The notes under the pieces were generated by a model. That model saw only the letters and a program-made list of their open reading frames with translations. It was not told the DNA's origin and ran no database searches. Below, one piece after another: positions 1 through 7,473 of a DNA stretch of 64,000 bases (its first letter is position 1; every line of letters starts with the position of its first letter). A program made the position numbers and the translations under genes. The stretch comes from Candidatus Omnitrophota bacterium (GTDB lineage: Bacteria; Omnitrophota; Gorgyraeia; B26-G9): contig JAZDHZ010000033.1 in the NCBI GenBank assembly GCA_043805415.1, forward strand, positions 25,600 to 89,599, in the 5' to 3' direction.

Positions 1-177
1 GGAGTTTTTTATTTGTCCAAGACCAGTTGTTTGACCGGCTTATCAATGGCGGTCTAGAATCAATCATTTTAGCTCATTCTCGCATTACATCCTGTAATGC
101 TCCGAGGATGAATCTCTGATTTTGCCGGTCCTGTCAAAATCAGGCTTCAAACCCGCTAAAATGATTATTCTAGCCCT

Positions 178-1581
178 TTACAGTTTGAGTTTTCCTATAC
201 GCAGCAGGTATTGTTCAACTTTTTTTGATGAATTTAAGTTATTATTGATAAGATTCCAGCAGTCAGCGTCTTCCATGCATAGATATACCGGAGTTTTCTG
301 GTCATATCCGCGGATCCACTGAAGCATTTTCTCATAAATCTGTTTGCGGATAAATTTAGGATAGCGGAGTTTTTTATCCTCGCCTAAGAATAGTTCCCCA
401 TAAAAAATATTACTTTCAGGAAATCTCAGCTCAGCAGAGTTTTTAAGTTTCCTTGTGCCGCGCAGGCTGCCGATGCTTATCCAGCTAAAAGGAGGTTTGA
501 CTTTAGCATATAATAAATCAATAACTGGTTTATAGAGTTTTTCCCAATCAGCGGAATATATTACCGGATCAAAGTGAAAGCCAAGGGAAAAGCCTTTTTC
601 CTGAACCGCCAAAGCAGCGGCTAATCTTTGCTCAAGATTTGCGGTTAGCAGCTCTTCAGACTTAACAATTGATTCTGGGTTAAGCGACCAGGAAATAACA
701 ATATTACGGCTAGGGTTTAATTTTAAGATATTAGCAATATTATTGCTTTTGGTTTTCAGCTCAAAATACACCGGCTTATCTTGAAAAAACTCAATCAGTT
801 TCTGCGCATAGCCGGTAATATGATCTAAAGCCAGAGAATCGCAGAATTCACCAGTGCCGATTCGGATGGGACGGTTAATTTTTTTATAAAAATCAGCGAA
901 TTTTTCAAAAAAATCATCGAGATTAGCCGGCAGAACAATGCCGGGAAAATTAGTGTATTGCTGGAGAAAACAATATGAGCAATCATATGGACAGCCGAAA
1001 CCAAGATTAAAGATCCAGTAATTACAGCCAATATGGTTTTTGGTGCAGGGGCAGGGTTTTATAAAATCCCATTTTTCCTGGACAATAAAAACAATGGGTT
1101 TCTTTAAATCTTTTAATTGAAATTGATTGCTTTTAACATACTCAAGGGAATTATTTATTTCAGTGATCGGCGTAGTTGGAAATTCTTCAGCAAAGCGTTT
1201 AGCCAGATAACTGTTTTTTGCTTGTTTTTCAATAAAAATCCTTTCCGGAATAAAAACCGAAGATTTAGGATGCGCCTCAGAAAGCGCGGGTTTTAACTCA
1301 GCAAGAAAAATTTTTGCCGGATCAAATTCCTGGTCTTGACTGGTGAGAGGAAAACGCATATTTATCAAGTCGCGTTTAATATTAACGAATTTATTTCTGC
1401 CGCTACTGTTTTCAATAATAAAATCAGTTTTAAGTTTATTAATGATTTGCTGATCATTAATCTTATCCCGGGTTTTAATTTCATGAAACAGCCGCAGAAT
1501 ATCCTTAGTCTGATTAAGATTTAATCTAAAACCAAAGGTTTTTTCAATAGTATGTTTAAACTTATCTTGATTAGTTCGCAT
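178..1581 (-). CDS. Radical SAM protein, spore-photoproduct-lyase (SPL) family-like, with ~130 aa N-terminal extension
   Basis: CPYDCSYC (CX3CX2C) radical SAM motif followed by GIVLPANLDDFF...IRIGTGEFCDSLALDHITGY, resembling the SPL/DNA repair photolyase-like radical SAM family. Recognition is by motif only. Confidence 0.5.
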   Translation of the reverse strand: MRTNQDKFKHTIEKTFGFRLNLNQTKDILRLFHEIKTRDKINDQQIINKLKTDFIIENSSGRNKFVNIKRDLINMRFPLTSQDQEFDPAKIFLAELKPALSEAHPKSSVFIPERIFIEKQAKNSYLAKRFAEEFPTTPITEINNSLEYVKSNQFQLKDLKKPIVFIVQEKWDFIKPCPCTKNHIGCNYWIFNLGFGCPYDCSYCFLQQYTNFPGIVLPANLDDFFEKFADFYKKINRPIRIGTGEFCDSLALDHITGYAQKLIEFFQDKPVYFELKTKSNNIANILKLNPSRNIVISWSLNPESIVKSEELLTANLEQRLAAALAVQEKGFSLGFHFDPVIYSADWEKLYKPVIDLLYAKVKPPFSWISIGSLRGTRKLKNSAELRFPESNIFYGELFLGEDKKLRYPKFIRKQIYEKMLQWIRGYDQKTPVYLCMEDADCWNLINNNLNSSKKVEQYLLRIGKLKL

Positions 1582-1588
1582 GCTTTGT

Positions 1589-2437
1589 TTATTCCTCGTC
1601 CAGTTCGGAATTATAAGAATTGATTAAATCAGTATAGTGCTTAACTTGTTCAAGTTTATTTCTTTTTTTTGCTCCGGTAATATATATAAGGGATTTTTGC
1701 TTGAGCGCTAAGATAGCGGATTTTCTCTGTTCATCAGTTAATAGCGAGTTTTGCAGCAGTTTGTTTATGGCATAGATTCTTAATGTATCCATTGCCGGAT
1801 ATTGGCGGGAAAGCTGATCAGCATGCCCGCCGTGCTTTATGGTCAGGACTTCAGGAATCAGCTTTACAGGATAAATCGCGCAAACTCTTAGCCATAAGTC
1901 ATAATCTTCGCAAGCCGGCATATTTTCATCAAAACAACCAATTTGCTTAAACAAATCTTTTTTAACCACAGAAGTAGACATGCCGATACAGCAAAGCTGT
2001 AAAGCATTGTCAAAAACAAAACCGTCTGGTTTTTGATGGATTTTTTTCTGGTTGAGCAGCTTTTGATTGCGATACCAGATTTCCTCTGTATGGAAGATAT
2101 TAATATCCGGGAAACGGTTTATATATTCTCTGGCGATTTTGAGTTTATCAGGTTTAAAGCAGTCATCTGAATCTAAAAAAGCAATAAACTCGGCTTTGGC
2201 AAAAGATATCCCCAGATTGCGCGCCGAGGAAACCCCCTGATGCGGCTGATGGATATAGACTAAGCGCTTATCAGCAATATTCTTAATCAAAGCAGCGGTA
2301 TTATCAGTGGAGCCGTCATCAATCACAATCAGCTCAAAATCCGGTTCGGTCTGCGTGAGCACAGATTCAATTGCCTGGATTAAGAAGACACAGCGATTAT
2401 AAGTGGGAATAATAACGCTAAAATAAGGATTTTTCAT
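1589..2437 (-). CDS. Family 2 glycosyltransferase
   Basis: N-terminal SVIIPTYNRCVFLIQAIESVLTQTEPDFELIVIDDGSTDNT and a DSDD motif, typical of the GT2 (GT-A) fold. Confidence 0.8.
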   Translation of the reverse strand: MKNPYFSVIIPTYNRCVFLIQAIESVLTQTEPDFELIVIDDGSTDNTAALIKNIADKRLVYIHQPHQGVSSARNLGISFAKAEFIAFLDSDDCFKPDKLKIAREYINRFPDINIFHTEEIWYRNQKLLNQKKIHQKPDGFVFDNALQLCCIGMSTSVVKKDLFKQIGCFDENMPACEDYDLWLRVCAIYPVKLIPEVLTIKHGGHADQLSRQYPAMDTLRIYAINKLLQNSLLTDEQRKSAILALKQKSLIYITGAKKRNKLEQVKHYTDLINSYNSELDEE

Positions 2438-2561
2438 GGAACCTAGTATAGCAAGTTTTGCTTAAAACGTCTAATTGTTTAGATTAAAAATTTATTGGAA
2501 AGCAGGGGAAGCCTGAAAAAGGAAAATAAATAGGTGTCTGTCCCCAGCATAAATAAATAGC

Positions 2562-2590
2562 TGTAATTATGAGCAGAAATTTGATATAAT
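2562..2590 (+). promoter_or_regulatory. Candidate sigma70 promoter with extended -10 (TGaTATAAT) upstream of hisH-like gene
   Basis: TGATATAAT at 2582-2590 in the divergent intergenic region. The -35 is weak, but an extended -10 compensates. Confidence 0.4.
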
Positions 2591-2636
2591 TATCTCCTGA
2601 TATTTTTCGAATAACTCAAAACCATAAGTGAAGATA

Positions 2637-3266
2637 ATGATAGCAATTATTGATTACAAAATGGGTAATGTGCGCAGCGTGGCCAAAGCTTTTGAGTCTC
2701 TTGGGGCAAAAGTGGAAGTAACTGCCAGCAAAACCAAGCTAGCTAAAGCTAATGCCCTTGTTTTGCCTGGGGTAGGGGCATTCTCAGCTGGAATGAAAAA
2801 CCTGAGAAAAATGGAGCTTATTTCGGAAATTAAAAAAGCAGTTGCTCTTGATAAACCATTCTTAGGAATATGCTTGGGACAGCAGCTATTGTTTAGTCAA
2901 AGCTTTGAACACGGCAAGCACAAAGGCCTGGATATTATTTCCGGAGAAGTGGTTATGTTTAAACCCGGGCTTAAGATTCCGCACATGGGGTGGAATACGA
3001 TAATGCAAGACGCAAGACACAAGACACAAGACACAAGCGGATTGTTGAAGGGCGTGCCGAATGGGAGTTATTTTTATTTTGTGCATTCTTATTATGTAAA
3101 ACCAGTAAGTAAAAAGTGTATCATTGCTATCACAGAATACGGCCAGAAATTTGCCAGTATTGTCGGACAAGGTAATACTTTCGGCATTCAGTTCCATCCG
3201 GAAAAGAGTTCGGATATGGGGCTTAAAATTCTCGAGAACTTTTGTCGGATCGCTGGAGAGATATGA
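2637..3266 (+). CDS. hisH: Imidazole glycerol phosphate synthase HisH-like glutamine amidotransferase (class I GATase); probably WbuY/HisH2-type glycan amidation subunit
   Basis: MIAIIDYKMGNVRSV...LVLPGVGAF...GICLGQQLL...GIQFHPEKS, the canonical HisH signature. ATG 2637 is preferred over GTG 2628. The gene contains an in-frame heptamer repeat insertion (QDARHKTQDTSG). Confidence 0.85.
   Translation: MIAIIDYKMGNVRSVAKAFESLGAKVEVTASKTKLAKANALVLPGVGAFSAGMKNLRKMELISEIKKAVALDKPFLGICLGQQLLFSQSFEHGKHKGLDIISGEVVMFKPGLKIPHMGWNTIMQDARHKTQDTSGLLKGVPNGSYFYFVHSYYVKPVSKKCIIAITEYGQKFASIVGQGNTFGIQFHPEKSSDMGLKILENFCRIAGEI
3006..3037 (+). repeat. Heptanucleotide tandem repeat (CAAGACA)x~4.5 inside hisH coding sequence
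   Basis: Direct reading gives caagacg caagaca caagaca caagaca caag. The 7 nt period is not a multiple of 3. Confidence 0.9.
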
Positions 3267-3270
3267 AAAA

Positions 3271-3294
3271 GGGTGTAGGGGATAGGGTTTAGGG
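3271..3294 (+). other. G-quadruplex-forming motif / telomere-like G-tract cluster (GGGTGTAGGGGATAGGGTTTAGGG) in hisH-hisF spacer
   Basis: Four G3+ tracts with 3-4 nt loops on the coding (mRNA) strand. This is unusual in an AT-rich sequence. Confidence 0.5.
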
Positions 3295-3336
3295 ATTAGG
3301 AAAAACTAAAATTTTAAAAATTTATAATTTATAAAA

Positions 3337-3364
3337 CTTGTGACTTGTGTCCTGTGGCTTGTGA
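3337..3364 (+). repeat. Heptanucleotide tandem repeat (CTTGTGN)x4 in hisF leader (reverse complement of NCACAAG)
   Basis: Direct reading gives cttgtga cttgtgt cctgtgg cttgtga. It lies between the G-rich motif and the RBS GGAGAG of hisF. Confidence 0.9.
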
Positions 3365-3381
3365 CGCGAACGGAGAGAGCA

Positions 3382-4167
3382 ATGCTGGCAAAACGTATTA
3401 TTCCCTGTCTGGATGTTAAAGACGGCAGAGTGGTTAAGGGAATTAATTTTCTTAATTTAAAAGATGCCGGAGATCCGGTTGAACAGGCGGCAATGTATAG
3501 CCGTGAGGGAGCGGATGAGGTTGTGTTTTTAGATATTACCGCAAGTTCTGACCATCGTAAAACTATGCTCGATGTGGTTAAAAGAACCGCGGAACAGGTA
3601 TTTATTCCGTTTACAGTTGGCGGCGGTATCCGCAAACTATCAGACATTGAGCTGATTTTACGCAAAGGCGCGGACAAGGTTTCTTTAAACACCGCGGCAG
3701 TTAAAAATCCTCAGCTAATCAAACGGGCCGCGAGAAAATTCGGCAATCAGTGTATCGTAGTCGCTGTGGATGCCAAAAGAAGGCCATTAGCTATGAGCCA
3801 TGAGCTATCAGCTAGCAAGTGGGAAGTCTATATTTACGGCGGTAGAGAACCTACGGGTATTGATGTGATTGAGTGGGTTAAAAAAGTCGAGTCCTTGGGC
3901 GCTGGTGAAATCCTGTTAACCAGTATGGATAAAGACGGCACGCAATCCGGCTATGATCTTGAGTTGACCAGGGCAGTGTGCGAGGCAGTGAATATTCCGG
4001 TTATTGCCTCTGGCGGCGCGGGAACTTTGGAACATTTATATGATGGCTTGTCTAAAGGCAGAGCAGACGCGGTTTTAGCAGCTTCTATATTTCACTATGG
4101 AAAGTACAAGATTCAACAGACCAAAGCGTATTTAGCGCGTAAAGGCTTGCATATGCGCTGTAAATAA
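3382..4167 (+). CDS. hisF: Imidazole glycerol phosphate synthase cyclase subunit HisF-like (WbuZ/HisF2-type glycosyl amidation-associated)
   Basis: [20 protein letters not shown]...[11 protein letters not shown]...VGGGIR, plus a C-terminal GAD/SIFH motif. RBS GGAGAG lies 6 nt upstream of ATG 3382. The GTG 3340 extension would run through the heptamer repeat. Confidence 0.85.
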   Translation: MLAKRIIPCLDVKDGRVVKGINFLNLKDAGDPVEQAAMYSREGADEVVFLDITASSDHRKTMLDVVKRTAEQVFIPFTVGGGIRKLSDIELILRKGADKVSLNTAAVKNPQLIKRAARKFGNQCIVVAVDAKRRPLAMSHELSASKWEVYIYGGREPTGIDVIEWVKKVESLGAGEILLTSMDKDGTQSGYDLELTRAVCEAVNIPVIASGGAGTLEHLYDGLSKGRADAVLAASIFHYGKYKIQQTKAYLARKGLHMRCK

Positions 4168-4249
4168 ATGGGGAATTTAAACGGGGCGAAGTGATTATTA
4201 CCTGCCTATAGAGTAACTTCAATAATTTTTTAAGCGATATTTTAGTTTA

Positions 4250-5068
4250 ATGCTAAATAAAAAAACAGAAAAAAAACTAAATAGTCTTAGAAACACACTT
4301 AGCTCTATGCAAAGCGTGGTTGTTGCTTTTTCCGGAGGCATAGACAGTACTTTATTATTAAAAGTCAGCTATGATGTTTTGCATAAAAATGTCTTGGCTG
4401 TTATTGTTTCGTCAGCTTTTTTAACTAAACAAGAACTGGATTTCGCGCTTAAGACAGTTAAAAAAATAGGCTGCGCGTATAAAGTTATAAACCTGGATAT
4501 TCTTAAAAACAGTAAAATCATTAAAAACCCTAAAAACAGATGCTATATATGCAAAAAGCAGATTATGAGCGAATTGCTCAAAATCGCTAAAACCAATAAG
4601 CTTAAGCATGTAATCGAAGGCTCAAACTTTGATGATTTAAGCCAATACAGGCCTGGCAAGCAGGCATTGCAGGAATTAGGAATCAGCTCTCCCTTGGCTG
4701 AGGTGAAGTTTAGAAAGCCGGAAATCAGGCAGGTTTTAAAAACCTGTGACTTTGCTAATTGGGATATTCCTTCATCGAGTTGTTTAGCTACCCGTTTTGC
4801 CTATGGAACAGTTTTGAATAATATTGACCTGGAAGCAGTTGCTTGCGCGGAAGCTCTTATTAAGTCGTTGGGATTTAAACAAGTCAGGGTACGGATGCAT
4901 GAACGTATTGCCAGGATTGAGGTTAGCAAAGATAAAATTAAACAATTAGTTAAAATCCTGGATAAAAAATTAATTATTAAACTTAAAAAATTAGGGTTTA
5001 GCCGTATTTGCATTGATCTTGAGGGATATCGCAGCGGAAGTATGGATAATATTGCAATTAATCCATAA
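4250..5068 (+). CDS. PP-loop ATP pyrophosphatase, LarE/TIGR00268-like (candidate sugar amidotransferase or sulfur-transferase partner of HisH/HisF)
   Basis: SGGIDS PP-loop motif near the N-terminus, and a conserved Cys in SSCLATRF that matches the LarE sacrificial cysteine context. Confidence 0.6.
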   Translation: MLNKKTEKKLNSLRNTLSSMQSVVVAFSGGIDSTLLLKVSYDVLHKNVLAVIVSSAFLTKQELDFALKTVKKIGCAYKVINLDILKNSKIIKNPKNRCYICKKQIMSELLKIAKTNKLKHVIEGSNFDDLSQYRPGKQALQELGISSPLAEVKFRKPEIRQVLKTCDFANWDIPSSSCLATRFAYGTVLNNIDLEAVACAEALIKSLGFKQVRVRMHERIARIEVSKDKIKQLVKILDKKLIIKLKKLGFSRICIDLEGYRSGSMDNIAINP

Positions 5069-5131
5069 ACTTTTATCAAGAAGCTAATTTTAATTTAACT
5101 ATTTTAACTCTAGTATGTTATGGTGATTGGA

Positions 5132-5160
5132 TTGACATATTTATCCGACGGTGGTAAAAT
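5132..5160 (+). promoter_or_regulatory. Candidate sigma70 promoter TTGACA-17-TAAAAT
   Basis: Consensus -35 TTGACA (5132-5137), a 17 nt spacer and TAAAAT (5155-5160), about 40 nt upstream of the flippase gene. Confidence 0.5.
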
Positions 5161-5198
5161 GCTTTTTTAGATATAAATCAAGAAAAGAACCATGAATA

Positions 5199-6458
5199 AT
5201 GAAGAAAAAATCATTTATAAAAAATGCCGGCATAATGTTTTTTGCCACAACATTGACTGGCATCTTTAATCTGCTTTACCAGCTATTTATGGTTCGGGCT
5301 CTGAGTCCGGTTGATTTTGGTTTATTAGATAAATTATTGGGATTAACGATAATTACTACTATGCCCACCGGAACTTTACAGGCAGTTGTAATTAAGTTCA
5401 TTGCTAGTTTTAAAGCAGAAAAAAAATATAGCAATATTCGGGCTTTTTTACGTTTATTTTTAAGCAAACTAGTGGTAGTGGGAATGGGGATATTGCTTGT
5501 TTTTGTTATCTTTCGTTCGGCTATTGGTGCTTATTATAAAACTGATAATGATTTGCTAATTATTATTGTTGGAGTCTTATTGTTTGTTTCAACAGTATTT
5601 CCTTTGACCTCAGGGGCTTTGCAAGGGCTGGAGAAATTTAAAAGTTTAGGAACAGCTTCTATCGCGAACAGTTTATTAAGATTTGGTTTAGGAGTATTGC
5701 TGGTTAAATTAGGATTCAGCGTTGGCGGAGCTTTAACAGCGCTTATTATAGCTGGAGTAGTGACTTTTCTTATTGCTTTTATACCTTTACGCAAGTATTT
5801 TTTCTTTAGACCGGATTCCGATGAGCAGGATTTGAATGAAAGCCTTGATTTAAGAGATATTGTTAAGTATTGTTTTCCGGCTTTTATTGCTCTTTTTAGC
5901 TTTGGTTTATTAACTAATATGGATTTGCAGTTAATCAGCCCTTATTTCTCCGTGGAAGACGCGGGATATTTTGCTGTAGCTCGGATGATTGGCAAGATAA
6001 TCCTATATTTGCCGGGAGCTGTGACAATTGTGATGTTTCCGAAAATAGCCGCTGAACACACGCAAAATAAGGATACAACCGGTACGCTTAAAAAAAGCTT
6101 GCTGGTTGTGGGGATAATGTGTTGTGTTGCCGGAGCCATATGTATTATGTTTCCTGATTTTATGCTTAAAGCGCTTGCCGGAGCAGTATATCCGCAATGC
6201 ATTCCTTTGGTTATGCCTTTTGTGATCAGCATGAGTTTTTATGCATTATGTAGTGTATTTTTATATTACTATTTGTCAGTACATAATATGAAATTTATTT
6301 ATATCGCAGGAGTGTTTGTTTTTGTCCAGGCAGGATTAATAAGATTTTTTCATAATAGCTTAATTCAGGTAATGTATATGGTTTGTTTTTGCGCGATTGC
6401 ATTGTTTTTAATTAATGTTTTAGGATTAAAAAAGAGTAAAAAAGCACGCGCAAATTAA
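5199..6458 (+). CDS. Polysaccharide biosynthesis protein / Wzx-like oligosaccharide flippase (MOP superfamily)
   Basis: About 12 predicted TM helices and a typical Wzx N-terminus (lysine-rich start, hydrophobic segments). Confidence 0.65.
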   Translation: MKKKSFIKNAGIMFFATTLTGIFNLLYQLFMVRALSPVDFGLLDKLLGLTIITTMPTGTLQAVVIKFIASFKAEKKYSNIRAFLRLFLSKLVVVGMGILLVFVIFRSAIGAYYKTDNDLLIIIVGVLLFVSTVFPLTSGALQGLEKFKSLGTASIANSLLRFGLGVLLVKLGFSVGGALTALIIAGVVTFLIAFIPLRKYFFFRPDSDEQDLNESLDLRDIVKYCFPAFIALFSFGLLTNMDLQLISPYFSVEDAGYFAVARMIGKIILYLPGAVTIVMFPKIAAEHTQNKDTTGTLKKSLLVVGIMCCVAGAICIMFPDFMLKALAGAVYPQCIPLVMPFVISMSFYALCSVFLYYYLSVHNMKFIYIAGVFVFVQAGLIRFFHNSLIQVMYMVCFCAIALFLINVLGLKKSKKARAN

Positions 6459-6503
6459 AAAAAAGGTTTTTAAACTTTAAGACAGGTTTAGTGAGGGATT
6501 AAG

Positions 6504-7442
6504 ATGAATATTTTAGTTACAGGCGGATCAGGATTTTTAGGATCGCATTTATGTAAGAGGTTTATCCAAGAAGGGCATTCGGTAATATGTTTGGATAATT
6601 TTATTACTGGTAAAAAAGAGAATATTGAGGAACTTTTAGCTGAACCTAAATTCAGCCTAGTTGAACATGATATCTCAAATTCGATTTGTTTTGGCGGAAA
6701 ATTAGATTGGGTGTTTCATTTTGCATCAATTGCCTCACCGGTTTTTTATTTAAAATATCCGATTAAGACATTAAAGTCTGGACTTAATGGAACCCATAAT
6801 TGCTTGGGCATTGCCAAAATGCACAAAGCTAAGTTTTTTCTCGCCTCTACCTCAGAAATATACGGAGACCCCTTAGTTCATCCTCAAAAAGAAGATTATT
6901 GGGGCAATGTTAATTCAATTGGGCCAAGAAGCTGTTATGATGAAAGTAAAAGAGCTGCTGAGGCTTTAACCTATGCTTATATGCGCAGCCATAATCTTGA
7001 TGTGCGAGTAATTAGAATTTTTAATACTTATGGGCCGAATATGCAGTTAGATGACGGCAGAGTGGTTTCTAATTTCATTGTATCAGCGCTTAAAAATATT
7101 GATTTAACTATTTATGGCGATGGAGACCAGACCCGTTCATTTTGTTATGTTGATGATTTAATTGAAGGAATTTGCCGATTAATGAATGTGGAATATAAGC
7201 AGCCGGTGAATTTAGGTAATCCGGGTGAATATAAAATGACGGATTTGGCGGAAATGGTTATTAAAACTCTAGGCTCTAAGTCTAAAATCAAGTTTGAACC
7301 ATTGCCGCAAGATGATCCCAAACGGAGAAAACCAGATATTGAATTAGCAAAAAAGATTTTAAATTGGACTCCTGCGGTACCGGTTGAAGCGGGAATTAAA
7401 AAGACCGCGGAGTATTTTGCCAAGCAAATAAAAGGCAAATAA
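6504..7442 (+). CDS. uxs: UDP-glucuronate decarboxylase (UDP-xylose synthase)-like SDR
   Basis: MNILVTGGSGFLGSHLCKRF...VICLDNFITGKKENI...YDESKRAAE. The length and motifs match UXS/ArnA-decarboxylase-type extended SDRs. Confidence 0.75.
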   Translation: MNILVTGGSGFLGSHLCKRFIQEGHSVICLDNFITGKKENIEELLAEPKFSLVEHDISNSICFGGKLDWVFHFASIASPVFYLKYPIKTLKSGLNGTHNCLGIAKMHKAKFFLASTSEIYGDPLVHPQKEDYWGNVNSIGPRSCYDESKRAAEALTYAYMRSHNLDVRVIRIFNTYGPNMQLDDGRVVSNFIVSALKNIDLTIYGDGDQTRSFCYVDDLIEGICRLMNVEYKQPVNLGNPGEYKMTDLAEMVIKTLGSKSKIKFEPLPQDDPKRRKPDIELAKKILNWTPAVPVEAGIKKTAEYFAKQIKGK

Positions 7443-7473
7443 TTTGATAACCAATCAAAAAAAGGATAGAAAA

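Noticed and set aside
83-142. Possible tRNA or rho-independent terminator at the left edge
   Set aside because: I could not fold a cloverleaf (no acceptor, D, anticodon or T arm arrangement). The two hairpins lack U-tracts on either strand, so they are kept only as hairpins.
825-1031. Many short ORFs antisense or out of frame inside long genes (for example 825-1031, 2886-3197, 3306-3692, 14369-14968, 17916-18266, 24065-24745, 50847-51215, 54653-54991)
   Set aside because: Each is fully embedded in a longer ORF with strong family-level similarity on the other strand or in another frame. They have no RBS or independent signal, as expected for an AT-rich sequence.
3340-3381. GTG 3340 as the hisF start, which would give the N-terminal extension [14 protein letters not shown]
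   Set aside because: ATG 3382 has a good RBS (GGAGAG, 6 nt upstream) and yields the canonical HisF N-terminus [12 protein letters not shown]. The upstream part is the heptamer repeat tract.
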